Positions 28,193-38,558 are shown, counted from the first letter of the stretch. The stretch is DNA of 54,933 nucleotides from Candidatus Hermodarchaeota archaeon (GCA_048885525.1 JBHLLP010000023.1:1-54933), one strand, 5' to 3'. Notes: generated by a model not told the origin, from the sequence alone. Translations and numbers: made by a program.

Positions 28193-28798
28193 TTATATTT
28201 TTACTTCGAACTTTCTCAATTCTAATCTTAAGTTTGTATTTTGTGAAAACAAAATAGTTTTCATGTTCAATTTTCTCGCTTGAGAGAGAAATGCACGGAC
28301 ATCATCAATAAAGATACTTTCTTCTGGTGTTAAATTGTATTTTTCTAGTAATTTCTTATAAATTTCAAATTCTGGTTTAATAACTTTTTCACTCCCAGAA
28401 ATGATTTTCCCATCAAAAAGAGAAAGAAAATCATATTTGGTTTGTACATAATCGAATGCCTCGATGATGAAATTAGATAAAATATATACTTTATAACCAT
28501 TGTGTTTTAGATCATATAATATTTTTACATTTTCTTGGATCGGTGTGAGCATTTCCATCCAATGTTCAAAAAACATCAAAATAAAATCACTTTCTTCTGG
28601 AAATTTCTTAATAAATTCTTCCTCAGCACTTTTTAGTGAAATAATTCCACGATCTAGATTTATCCATGTTTTACTTCTAATCACTTTTGAAATAAATTCT
28701 TTTATATAATTCTTATTCTTAGAAAATTTTAGTAAGAATTTCTCTGGTTTGAAATTGAAAATAACATTCCCTAAATCAAAGACTATATTTCTTATCAC
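28193..28798 (-). CDS. HAD-family phosphatase
   Basis: VFDLGNV, ILSN, KPEFEIY, FIDD. Confidence 0.92.
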   Translation of the reverse strand: MIRNIVFDLGNVIFNFKPEKFLLKFSKNKNYIKEFISKVIRSKTWINLDRGIISLKSAEEEFIKKFPEESDFILMFFEHWMEMLTPIQENVKILYDLKHNGYKVYILSNFIIEAFDYVQTKYDFLSLFDGKIISGSEKVIKPEFEIYKKLLEKYNLTPEESIFIDDVRAFLSQARKLNMKTILFSQNTNLRLELRKFEVKI

Positions 28799-29080
28799 AA
28801 TTTTATGTCAATTAAATTACTGAAATAAATTAAAATACAAAATTGGTAAATATAAATAAATTTTTTTTAATAAATAAAATATTATCCAGAAGAATGTATA
28901 TAAATTAGAGATAATTGCCTTTCGGGATCAAAAAATTATCCCGCATATAGAAGTGAATTAATAATGTATGCTACTATCTATCGATTTTATGATATAATAT
29001 TAATCAAAACGACAGTTAAAACAAAAATAAAAAGGATAAGTAAAAATATATAAAAAAAAAGATATAAGAGCCAAATATAG

Positions 29081-29857
29081 ATGTTGATAAAAAAAGAAAT
29101 AAAATGTTTACAGGAGATATTAATGAATTCGTGGCCAGCAGACCATTATTACTTCTTAAATGGCTGGATACTGCGCTTCACAGATGGAGTGACATCTCGT
29201 GCTAATTCTGTTTTTCCTTTAAATTATACTGGCCATTTGAATTATTTGGATAGAGATATAAATATCGCTGAAAAGGCATATAAAGCTTACAATTTACCTA
29301 CAATCTTTACAATACCAGACTTTTTTGAGCCTATTAATTTAGATATTAAACTGTTAGAGCGTGGATATCAGCAACTTGGTTGTCTTACCCACACAATGAT
29401 TGCTTCTATTCAAGAATTAAGAAATAAAACTATAAATAAGGAATTTTCATATATGTTCTATTCTGAACGAGTAAAAGAATTTTCCAGTTTTTTAGCAAAA
29501 CACACTAAAAGAAACCAAGAAGCCCAGAATGTGTTAGATGCATTATCTAATAGAATCATAGTTCCACAAAAACGTTTTATCTTGGCTCAATATGAGAATA
29601 AAGTTGTGGGAACTCTTATGGGGATATTAGATCCGCATGGATTCTTATATATAGCTGATGTTGTAGTAGATCCAAATGTTCGACGGCAAAATATTGCTAC
29701 ATCAATGTTTTTCAAAATCGTAAATGATTGGGCTATACTGGGTGGGGTTAAAAAAATATGGCTACAAGTAGAAGTTGATAATAAAGAAGCTATGAACCTC
29801 TATACAAAACTCGGACTTAAAACAGCATATCGTTATTATTATTTGAAAAAATCCTAG
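29081..29857 (+). CDS. GNAT-family acetyltransferase
   Basis: GWILRF..GVTSRANS, VDPNVRRQNIA, LQVEVDNKEAMNLYTKLG. Confidence 0.9.
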   Translation: MLIKKEIKCLQEILMNSWPADHYYFLNGWILRFTDGVTSRANSVFPLNYTGHLNYLDRDINIAEKAYKAYNLPTIFTIPDFFEPINLDIKLLERGYQQLGCLTHTMIASIQELRNKTINKEFSYMFYSERVKEFSSFLAKHTKRNQEAQNVLDALSNRIIVPQKRFILAQYENKVVGTLMGILDPHGFLYIADVVVDPNVRRQNIATSMFFKIVNDWAILGGVKKIWLQVEVDNKEAMNLYTKLGLKTAYRYYYLKKS

Positions 29858-29903
29858 GAAAAAAAATGTATGAAAATATTAATATCTCCTATATTTTTCC
29901 AAG

Positions 29904-30773
29904 CTAAGATATAAATCCATAGGAACGCTTCTCATCTAAAGAAGTAGCACCACTCATAAAACCAGAATCGATAATTTTAAGTAGTTCATTAATTTTTGGA
30001 TAATTATTGTATAAAAAGTCAAGTATTTCTTCAAAGTAAGTTAAAAACTTTCCATAAGGGATCCTATAGTCAATGAATTCTTTATAATTTAGATGAAGTA
30101 TTACTAATTGGGTAAATTGAATCCTATATTTAGAACTTGAATGTTTAAGGATCTGAAGAATTAAATATTGATTATAATTTAAATCATAGAAGAGCAGTAG
30201 ATCTAGTAAATCTTTTATTTCTCTGTAGTTTGTGAAAATAGATCTCATTAATTCAATTAACTGTCTAATAGCAATATCAAATAAGCCAGAACTTATATGG
30301 TCTAATTCCTCTTGATTTAAACAATCTAAATATTTATTATATAACAAGAATCTAATAACATTCAAATTATTAGATTCAAATCTTCTTGCTACTTCCTCTT
30401 TAAATACATTCACTGCTACATGATCTCCTACCTTAGTTAATTCTTTAAGTAAAGGAAAAGCTAAATTACAATGAATTAAACTGGTATCATAGTTATTTTC
30501 ATACCAAGTTTGAAGATTTGAACAATGAGCCCAAAATAATGTTTCTGGAGGTATTTTTAACTTTGAATCTTCAGAAACTTCAAAATATCCATTTAATTTT
30601 TCAACAGCTTCATCTATTGAATATATATCATCAGTATTTTCAAAATCATCCTTAGAAAAGCTTAATAAAACATATTTACACTGTAAAAACAATTTGTTAT
30701 TCACATAAATGTAAGTCTTACCTTCTTCTAATCTAAGGTCGAGAAAATCATTTATTGTAAATTTTAGCATCAA
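29904..30773 (-). CDS. Lokiarchaeal-type conserved hypothetical protein
   Basis: FTINDFLDLRLE.GKTYIYV...CKY...FWAHCSNLQTWYENNYDT..HCNLAFPLLKEL; recalled as a domain expanded in Lokiarchaeia, often N-terminal to LRRs. Confidence 0.7.
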   Translation of the reverse strand: MMLKFTINDFLDLRLEEGKTYIYVNNKLFLQCKYVLLSFSKDDFENTDDIYSIDEAVEKLNGYFEVSEDSKLKIPPETLFWAHCSNLQTWYENNYDTSLIHCNLAFPLLKELTKVGDHVAVNVFKEEVARRFESNNLNVIRFLLYNKYLDCLNQEELDHISSGLFDIAIRQLIELMRSIFTNYREIKDLLDLLLFYDLNYNQYLILQILKHSSSKYRIQFTQLVILHLNYKEFIDYRIPYGKFLTYFEEILDFLYNNYPKINELLKIIDSGFMSGATSLDEKRSYGFIS

Positions 30774-30846
30774 GAATTAGTGGGATTCCTTATTTTTTAT
30801 TCTTTTGCTTTTTAATTTCTAAAAGATTTTCGAGTAATAGATATAG

Positions 30847-31087
30847 TCAAATTTTAATACAGGAGTTTTAACATCCCTAGTTTATTCTACATGTGCTTGT
30901 GCAGCATTATCTTTGATCCTTTCGAATGGATATGTCACAACTATAGATTTAGAGATTGAATTTCTAAATCCTGTCTCTCGGGGACGCTTGAGACTTGAAG
31001 CTAAGTGTTTAAAAAGTGGAAAAATTTTTTTTCAAAGCAAAGATATGGGATGAAAATAAAAGATTTATTTGTACAGGAAGTTCATAA
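30847..31087 (+). pseudogene. PaaI/hotdog-fold thioesterase remnant
   Basis: Start-less frame GVLTSLVYSTCACAALS...YVTTIDLEIEFLNPVSRGRLRLEAKCLKSGK; frameshift at T8 (31025-32) into KAKIWDENKRFICTGSS*. Confidence 0.75.
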
Positions 31088-31283
31088 TTCTACGAGTATA
31101 ATGAAATAATCGAGCTAGGTACAAAAATATTACAAATCCTTATCTATATTTCTTAGTTTATTTTTTTACAATTATGTAAGTATTTTTATTTGACTTATAC
31201 CATAATTTTTTTATGTTCTACTATTACGGAAATCACATTTTATTGTACTTTTTTAAATTAAAACCAAAATAGATAATATTAAT

Positions 31284-31793
31284 ATGAAAAAAACAGTAAA
31301 GGTCATAGTCTCCGGAGATGGTGGTGTTGGGAAAACCTCCTTTCTCAATAGGTTAATTCATGATAATTTCGATGATAGTATTGAATTAACTAAGGGGGTT
31401 GATTTTTTTTCCAAAATTCTAACAATAAATGGATATGAATATAATTTTGTAATGTGGGATTTTGCAGGTCAAACTCAATTTAAACAAATTTTAAATGATT
31501 TTGTTGATGGTTCAATCGCGGCTTTTGTTTTGTTTTATTTATCTCGGTTCAATACTCTTCAAGGGGTGGAAGATTGGATAAAGAAATTACATAAATATGG
31601 AAAGATATCTGCTTTTTTATTAGGAAACAAATCTGATATAATTGATATTTATGACTGTAAAGTTTTTGATGACTTTATAACAGATATTATAAGTAAATAC
31701 CATAATATCATAGGGTATTTAAAAATCTCTTCAAAAACAGGATATAATGTAAAGAAAGCGTTTATTTCTCTTATAGAAAAAATTTCAAATTAA
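31284..31793 (+). CDS. Ras/Rab-like small GTPase
   Basis: GDGGVGKT, TKGVDF, WDFAGQ, NKSD, SSKTG. Confidence 0.92.
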   Translation: MKKTVKVIVSGDGGVGKTSFLNRLIHDNFDDSIELTKGVDFFSKILTINGYEYNFVMWDFAGQTQFKQILNDFVDGSIAAFVLFYLSRFNTLQGVEDWIKKLHKYGKISAFLLGNKSDIIDIYDCKVFDDFITDIISKYHNIIGYLKISSKTGYNVKKAFISLIEKISN

Positions 31794-31819
31794 GACGTTA
31801 ACAATTAAAAAAAATACCC

Positions 31820-32848
31820 TTATACTTTTGTGATCCAGTCAAACTCATCTTCAATTTCTAATCTTTGAATCCCTGTTAATAACTCATACATTTTATTTGT
31901 TATTTCGCCTGGTTCTCTATTATTAAAAATCCGCTCCTTTCCTTCTAAATTAACTGATGCAATTGGTGTTACAACTGCAGCTGTACCAGTGCAGAATGCC
32001 TCTGTACACGACTCATTATATAATTCTTTATAAGAAATATCTCGTTCTTCAACCTCTATTTTAAGTTTTTTGGAAGAAATTTCTAAAATAGATTCTCTTG
32101 TAATACCTTCTAAAATTGTACCTGTTTTTCTTGGAGTCGCCAACTTACCATTAATCATTGCGAAAAAATTAGCTGCACCAACCTCTTCGATATATTCCAT
32201 ATTTAGAGCATCTAAATATATAATTTGGGCAAACCCTCTAGATTTTGCTTCTTTTGCAGGTAACATCGTCCCAGCGTAATTACATATAGTTTTTGCTGAA
32301 CCAGTCCCTCCTAGAGCTGCTCTCGTATAAATTTTTGATATTTCTAAATTAATTCCTTTAAATCCTTCGGGGAAGTATGGTCCGACTGGAACCGTAAAAA
32401 TAATTAATTTAAATTCCTCTGCTGAATGTACTCCTAGAATTGGACCATATCCGAATAAAATAGGGCGAATGTATAAAGCTCCACCACTATCATATGGTGG
32501 AATGTACTCTTCGTTTGCTTTTACGACACTTTTTATGGCGTCAATAAATTTATCAATATCATATTCTGGCAATAGCATCCTTTTAGCGCTAAAATTAAAT
32601 CTTTTGCCATTTTCTTCTGGTCTAAATAAGGTAATTTCTCCATTTTTTGCTCTTAAGGCTTTCATTCCTTCAAAAATACCTTGTCCATAATTTATTACAC
32701 ATGATGCTGGAGAAATTTCAAAATTTCCAAATGGTAATAATTTTCCATCGTCCCATTTACCATTCTTATGATTAGCCATAAACATTGTTTTAGTTGGGAT
32801 AAAATTGAAACCCAATGAATAGAAATCAATATCTTTCGGGTCTATCAT
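31820..32848 (-). CDS. ilvE: Branched-chain amino acid aminotransferase
   Basis: YGQGIFEGMKA, LYIRP, AKTICNY (PLP Lys), ILEGITR, GTAAVVTP. Confidence 0.95.
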   Translation of the reverse strand: MIDPKDIDFYSLGFNFIPTKTMFMANHKNGKWDDGKLLPFGNFEISPASCVINYGQGIFEGMKALRAKNGEITLFRPEENGKRFNFSAKRMLLPEYDIDKFIDAIKSVVKANEEYIPPYDSGGALYIRPILFGYGPILGVHSAEEFKLIIFTVPVGPYFPEGFKGINLEISKIYTRAALGGTGSAKTICNYAGTMLPAKEAKSRGFAQIIYLDALNMEYIEEVGAANFFAMINGKLATPRKTGTILEGITRESILEISSKKLKIEVEERDISYKELYNESCTEAFCTGTAAVVTPIASVNLEGKERIFNNREPGEITNKMYELLTGIQRLEIEDEFDWITKV

Positions 32849-33035
32849 AAATCTTAAATCCTCCTTTTTTGACTATAAGGATTAATATATAAAGATTAAA
32901 AAGTCTTATTGATGAACGTAAAAGTACTAATTTTACATAATAAACCTAATTCTAATGATAAACTGTTCTTAATTTCAATAAAAATATATTCAAATTTTCA
33001 TAACATTTTTCAAAACTAATTAGTTATTTGAATAT

Positions 33036-33920
33036 ATGTCTCTACAAAAAGTAACTACTAAAGATATAATAGAGAAGAAGAGAAAAGGCGAAAAAATAGT
33101 TACACTTACATCCTATGATTATTCCTTTGCGAAAATTGTTGATAATTGTGGTATAGACCTAATTCTTGTCGGGGATTCACTTTCAATGGTTATGCTTGGA
33201 TATAAAAACACTTTATCTGTAACGATGGATGAAATGATTCATCATACTAAAGCAGTTAGCCGAGGTGTGTCAAATGCATTAATTGTGGGAGATATGCCTT
33301 ATCTTTCATATAAGATAGATAAAATAGAAGCCGTTAAAAATGCCGGGCGCTTTATCCAAGAGGGTGGTGCTGAAGCTGTTAAAGTTGAAGGGGGAACGGA
33401 AATGTGTCCTACAATTAAAGCAATGATCGAGGCAGATATTCAAGTAATGGGTCATATAGGTCTCACGCCACAAGCAATTTACCGATTCGGAGGTTTTTTA
33501 GTTCAAGGGAAGACGATTGAGGCTGCCAAAAAATTAATCTTAGATGCAAAGAATTTAGAAGAAGCTGGTGTTTTTTCAATAGTCTTAGAAAGTATTCCTT
33601 GGCAAATCGCGAAATTAATCACTGAAAGCATTGATATACCTAGCATTGGTATAGGAGCTGGACCTTATTGTGATGGTCAAATCTTAGTTATTCATGATAT
33701 GTTAGGGATTTTTACAGACATTAAACCCAAGTTTCTGAAATATTTTGGTACTATCGGAGAATTCATCCGTTCTGCTTTGAAAGATTATAAGGATGAGGTT
33801 ATAAATGGCATATATCCTGATCGAGAACATTCATATGACTTTCCTCAACAAGATTTAAACAAGATTACTCAATGGTTTGCAAATGTGGATATATGCGAAG
33901 AAGCCCATAAATTAATTTAG
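33036..33920 (+). CDS. panB: 3-methyl-2-oxobutanoate hydroxymethyltransferase
   Basis: [40 protein letters not shown]. Confidence 0.97.
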   Translation: MSLQKVTTKDIIEKKRKGEKIVTLTSYDYSFAKIVDNCGIDLILVGDSLSMVMLGYKNTLSVTMDEMIHHTKAVSRGVSNALIVGDMPYLSYKIDKIEAVKNAGRFIQEGGAEAVKVEGGTEMCPTIKAMIEADIQVMGHIGLTPQAIYRFGGFLVQGKTIEAAKKLILDAKNLEEAGVFSIVLESIPWQIAKLITESIDIPSIGIGAGPYCDGQILVIHDMLGIFTDIKPKFLKYFGTIGEFIRSALKDYKDEVINGIYPDREHSYDFPQQDLNKITQWFANVDICEEAHKLI

Positions 33921-34132
33921 TTTCTAAACTTTATTATATCAGTATCTTACCCTCATATTAAATAGATTTCCTCATAATTAAGGAAAAAGTTATAATGGTT
34001 TTAGTATAAATCTTCAATTTTTAAAGCTTCATTACCTTTATTGAATATAAAATACAAAAATTATTACGACATCTTACTTTGTTATTAGTTAAATACCAGA
34101 ATTTCGTTTTATAAATAAAATTATAAATTTGT

Positions 34133-34187
34133 ATTTATAGTTATAATATATAAAAGCTTGATTTATAGTTATAATATATAAAAGCTT
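34133..34187. repeat. Perfect 27-bp tandem duplication (28-bp period)
   Basis: ATTTATAGTTATAATATATAAAAGCTT at 34133 and 34161. Confidence 0.95.
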
Positions 34188-34246
34188 AACCAATATAGAA
34201 AATATTTCAAAACAAAATAATTTGAATGCTAAAATAGGGACGTGTA

Positions 34247-35872
34247 ATGGCCGAAGAATATGATTATCTCTTTAAATCGATTGTCGTAGGAGATGGTGGG
34301 GTCGGAAAGACAGCATTAACTCTTCGATTTTCCAAGGGCTTTTTTACTGAAGATTATAAAATGACTATTGGTGTAGACTTTCATGTAAAAACTATTAATA
34401 TTGATTCTGTTGAAGGCTTAATACGTGCAAAACTTCAGATATGGGATACAGGAGGACAAGAGCGCTTTAGTTCGATCAGACCAATGTATTATAGAGGATC
34501 TTTAGGGGCTTTGTTGATCTTTGATCTTACAAATTCCGCAAGCTTTGAACATCTCCCTCAATGGATAGAAGAAGTAAGGGTTAATGTTAAAACAGAGATT
34601 CCTTTACTCCTCGTTGGTAATAAAAGTGATTTAGTCGAATTAAGAGCAGTTTCCTTAGAAGAGATCAATACTTTCACAAGCAATTTCAATTTATATTATA
34701 TGGAAACTTCAGCAAAAACAGGTGAAGGGGTAGGTGATTGTTTTTATATTCTTGCGTGCCTAATGATTGGTTCAGGAGTCCCAGATCAGTTAATCTCAAG
34801 AGGAATTGTGTTCAGTCCTGGAAAAGTTCCAATAACTGGGATAGGAGCATATCCAACGCCTTTAAGTCAATTAGAACCAGAATTAGATTACGCTGCACCT
34901 CCGGTTCCTGAACCCCTTTCTACTATAACACTTGAACCAGAACCTGAATTTGAATATGAAGCTCCACCAGTTCCAGAACCGATTCGAATAGAAAAAACTG
35001 AACCAAGCCCTATATTTGAACCTGAATTTGAACCTGAGATACCTTTACCCCAGACTCCAGTTAATATACCTAGTGAACAATCTGTTGAATTTGAATTTAA
35101 AACTCCTGAAGAAATTTTATCTATTGAAACTGCCAAAAATGATGAAATGCCTCCCTATCAACCTCCCATATTTACTGGTAAAGATGAAACCTACAAACCA
35201 AAAGCGGTACCCTTTACATCAAATGTTCCAATACCTGCTCCTGCTCCAAAGGGATTTCAAGCCCCTCTAGAGAACCCTCCTATTGAAAGTTCACCTTCAA
35301 GTGTTTCTCCATTCCTAATACCTCAAGACAGAAAAGAACCCTCTTCAGACTCTTTAATGGATTATTTACCTAAACCCATTTATTCTAAGAAAGAAAAGAA
35401 AAAAGCTGAAAAACAGAAAAAAAAAGAAGAAAAGGAAAAGAAACTTAAAGAGGAAAAGGAGAAACAAGAACGATTATTAACAGAAATGAAAAAGGTTAAA
35501 AAAGAAAAAAAGGAAAAACCAAAAAAAGAAAAGAAAGAAAAATTAGAAAGTAAAGCTGTTGCTTCGGAGCCTCCCAGACCAACTGAAGAACCAACTAGCG
35601 CACCTTCGCTCTTTCAAACATTAAGTCAAAAAATTGATGAAACAGAAAAAACTTCAGTTGCAGATTTCATGCCATTTAAAGCAAAAGAAGCTACCGAATC
35701 CCAAGAGGTAAGTAAATTAAGAATTATTCAAAATGTATCAGATGTAGAAAGCAAACCGATCCAAACAAAAACCCGTAAACCTTCAGAAAAAGAAATTATT
35801 ATTTGTAAACAGTGTGGATCAATTCTATCAAGTGATTATCAATTTTGTAATAAATGTGGAATAAAGCTGTAA
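34247..35872 (+). CDS. Rab-like GTPase with Pro-rich/charged extension and C-terminal zinc ribbon
   Basis: YDYLFK, GDGGVGKT, IGVDF, KLQIWDTGGQERF, YYRG, NKSD, SAKTG; C-terminal CKQC...FCNKCG. Confidence 0.95.
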   Translation: MAEEYDYLFKSIVVGDGGVGKTALTLRFSKGFFTEDYKMTIGVDFHVKTINIDSVEGLIRAKLQIWDTGGQERFSSIRPMYYRGSLGALLIFDLTNSASFEHLPQWIEEVRVNVKTEIPLLLVGNKSDLVELRAVSLEEINTFTSNFNLYYMETSAKTGEGVGDCFYILACLMIGSGVPDQLISRGIVFSPGKVPITGIGAYPTPLSQLEPELDYAAPPVPEPLSTITLEPEPEFEYEAPPVPEPIRIEKTEPSPIFEPEFEPEIPLPQTPVNIPSEQSVEFEFKTPEEILSIETAKNDEMPPYQPPIFTGKDETYKPKAVPFTSNVPIPAPAPKGFQAPLENPPIESSPSSVSPFLIPQDRKEPSSDSLMDYLPKPIYSKKEKKKAEKQKKKEEKEKKLKEEKEKQERLLTEMKKVKKEKKEKPKKEKKEKLESKAVASEPPRPTEEPTSAPSLFQTLSQKIDETEKTSVADFMPFKAKEATESQEVSKLRIIQNVSDVESKPIQTKTRKPSEKEIIICKQCGSILSSDYQFCNKCGIKL

Positions 35873-35975
35873 AATATTGTAAAAACACAAATTAATTCTG
35901 TTTTTTCCTTATTTCTTATAAAAAGAATGTATAAGTATTTATTCCTTTAAATATTTAGCTAGTTTATTTATATAA

Positions 35976-36749
35976 TCAGATAGATTTTCCACAAATTGGA
36001 CATGTGCTCCACATTTTTTTAATTTTTGATTTGCAGTGAATGCAAACTTTTAGATCTGGATCAATTTGTGTTTGAGGTTTACCAAATATAGTTGGTTCCA
36101 CTTTATTATATTCATAAGATGCATTTTCTAATATAGGTTCAATCTTATCAAGGGGAGTTTGAGTTGGTTGTAGGATCATTTCTCTCGTAACACGAGTTTT
36201 TTGTGTAGGTAATTCTACACGAAGTTTAGTATACTTTTGTGGTTTAATCGGGGGTTTTTTAATATTCTCTTTTAAAACTTTACGTGTTTGCTTTGGGGAT
36301 TCAGACTCTTGTTCTCCAATAGGTACTCCAACTTTATAAAAGAAGTATTTATTATCATTGTTTTCTATGATTCTCTCTCCATCTTCTAAACAAACTTCTA
36401 CATAATATATTATCGTAGAACCTATGGGAACTTCAGCAATTTCAGCTATATAATAGTCCATTTTGGCATTCATTTCCATTTGATACCATGATTTCCCTTG
36501 ATCAGCACTAAATATTAAATTTACTAGAACAAGTGCTTTATTAAAAGTTTCTTCAGTGATTTTTACTACAATTTTAATGGTCTTTTTCAGGGCTTCCTTT
36601 TGAGTAGCAATTATATCTGTATCATCCCAAGCTGCTCCGCATTTAGGACAATTTGTGAACCAATTAGGATATTCAAAATCACACTTAGAACAAGATTTTG
36701 TAAAATATCGTGCTGTTTTTATTCCTAGTGTTTTTTTTTCTTTACCCAT
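35976..36749 (-). CDS. Zinc-ribbon protein (N- and C-terminal) with central beta-rich domain
   Basis: CSKC...CPKCG and CIHC...CPICG; central IIYYVEV...NNDNKYF. Confidence 0.8.
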   Translation of the reverse strand: MGKEKKTLGIKTARYFTKSCSKCDFEYPNWFTNCPKCGAAWDDTDIIATQKEALKKTIKIVVKITEETFNKALVLVNLIFSADQGKSWYQMEMNAKMDYYIAEIAEVPIGSTIIYYVEVCLEDGERIIENNDNKYFFYKVGVPIGEQESESPKQTRKVLKENIKKPPIKPQKYTKLRVELPTQKTRVTREMILQPTQTPLDKIEPILENASYEYNKVEPTIFGKPQTQIDPDLKVCIHCKSKIKKMWSTCPICGKSI

Positions 36750-36884
36750 AGCCTTGATTCCAACTTCTAGAAATTAAACTCCCAAAAATTTTTACTAATA
36801 ATTAAATAATAATTAGCCTTAAATATATTTTTTTTTAGCTATATTAATTAAACTGGTAATTTTTATAAAGCTATAATTTGAATC

Positions 36885-38063
36885 TTAGTTAATTTTTAAT
36901 TTTTTTACAACATTCTCTAAATCTTCAGTAAAATTTACTAAATGCGTTTTTTGAACATGTGGCATTATAACTACTCTAATTAGATTGAAATCTTCAAATT
37001 TTCCTACCATCCAATTTCTTTTTCTTAATTCTTCATCAATTCGACAAATACTTTCATGATTTTTGGTTGTAATTCCAACAACATTCATAACTGGATTAGT
37101 AGCTAGCTTTATTCCTTTAATTTCATTTATTCGCTTTACTAGATATTTGGTGTTATCCATACACTTTTTTACGATATTTTTAAAACCGTTATATCCCAAG
37201 GATTTTAAGATAACCCAAAATGATATTACCGCACCCCCCGATCTAGTTCCAACTATATGGAGATGTTTATGAGTTCCTCCGGCCAAATATGGAATACTAT
37301 ATCCAACTTTTTGTAAAATTGAAGAATCTCTTAAAAAGATTCCTCCAGAAGGAATAACTCCTAAACCCATTTTATGAGGATCTGCTGTAATTGAATCAAC
37401 TGAATTTACGGAAAAATCCCACGCAGGAATATTATTAATTAATTCTTTTAGAAAGGGTAATACAAAACCTCCAAATGCAGCATCGATATGAAAAAAAATC
37501 TCTTTATCTTCAATTAATTTTCCAATTTCTTCTATTGGATCAATCAAGCCCAATGAAGTAGTTCCAGCAATTCCTACGACACCACAAGTATTATTATTTA
37601 TTAATGAATAAAAATGATCAAGGTCAAGTTCATAATTATCTTTTAATTTTGCTTTTCTTAGTTTAATTCCAAGTAAATCGGCAGCCTTATCAAATGATAT
37701 GTGCGCTGAACAAGGTATAACAACTTCTGGAAAAGATATATCCGATCTTAACTTTTTAGCAATTCTCATAGCTATCACGTTAGATTCTGAACCCCCCGTA
37801 GTGAAAGTTCCGACAATTTTTTTCCCATTAAATAACTCACCAATTTCTTCAACTAATTCTTCCTCTAAGCTCGCAGTTCCTAAAAATAAGCCTGGATCTC
37901 CAAGATTTTTAGAGATATATTTCATAAAAAATTCAACAGCGATATCTAAAGGCTCAGTACACATAGAACCCAAGATTGACCCTGAATTGTATGAATAATC
38001 ACTCTTTAATTTTTCATTGAGAATTTTAAGTATTTCTTGTTTTTTTAATCCTTCTTTTAACAT
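36885..38063 (-). CDS. mfnA: Tyrosine/aspartate decarboxylase (group II PLP)
   Basis: GSMCT, NLGDPGLF, GGSESN, HIDAAFGG, DPHKMG, GTRSG. Confidence 0.92.
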   Translation of the reverse strand: MLKEGLKKQEILKILNEKLKSDYSYNSGSILGSMCTEPLDIAVEFFMKYISKNLGDPGLFLGTASLEEELVEEIGELFNGKKIVGTFTTGGSESNVIAMRIAKKLRSDISFPEVVIPCSAHISFDKAADLLGIKLRKAKLKDNYELDLDHFYSLINNNTCGVVGIAGTTSLGLIDPIEEIGKLIEDKEIFFHIDAAFGGFVLPFLKELINNIPAWDFSVNSVDSITADPHKMGLGVIPSGGIFLRDSSILQKVGYSIPYLAGGTHKHLHIVGTRSGGAVISFWVILKSLGYNGFKNIVKKCMDNTKYLVKRINEIKGIKLATNPVMNVVGITTKNHESICRIDEELRKRNWMVGKFEDFNLIRVVIMPHVQKTHLVNFTEDLENVVKKLKIN

Positions 38064-38194
38064 CTTTATTTCAATATTTTAGTTAATCTTTTCTATTCCT
38101 TCATTAAAAAGAAAAATTTAAACAATTAAAATATTATAAATAAAGGATAAAATTATAGTTTTGTAGAATAATAATAATTCAGAATTTTTTTGAA

Positions 38195-38512
38195 TTAAAA
38201 AAATCGGTTTGAATCTCTTTGGGAATACTTTATGAATATTTTATTAAATTCTTTCCCTAAATCAACCCCATAATGATTAGCAATGCATATAATAGAAAAA
38301 AGAAGATCTGCTAATTCTTCTCCTAAATTGGAATCTAAATTCTTATACTTTTTAGGTTTAAATCCTTCAAGTGCATTTATTTCTTTTGCAACTTCTCCTA
38401 ATTCTTCCATAATAGCGCATATCATTGATAATGGTGGCCAATATCCTCCATGGGTGTTGATCCAGTTGTCTGTTAGTTCTTGAATTTCTTTAAATAAGCT
38501 CTCATTAATCAT
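38195..38512 (-). CDS. MazG-like nucleotide pyrophosphohydrolase
   Basis: EELGEVAKE, EELADLLF, RD..RF. Confidence 0.9.
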   Translation of the reverse strand: MINESLFKEIQELTDNWINTHGGYWPPLSMICAIMEELGEVAKEINALEGFKPKKYKNLDSNLGEELADLLFSIICIANHYGVDLGKEFNKIFIKYSQRDSNRFF

Positions 38513-38558
38513 ATATGTAATAATTTAGGATTATATTTAAAAAATAAAAAAATAAGAA

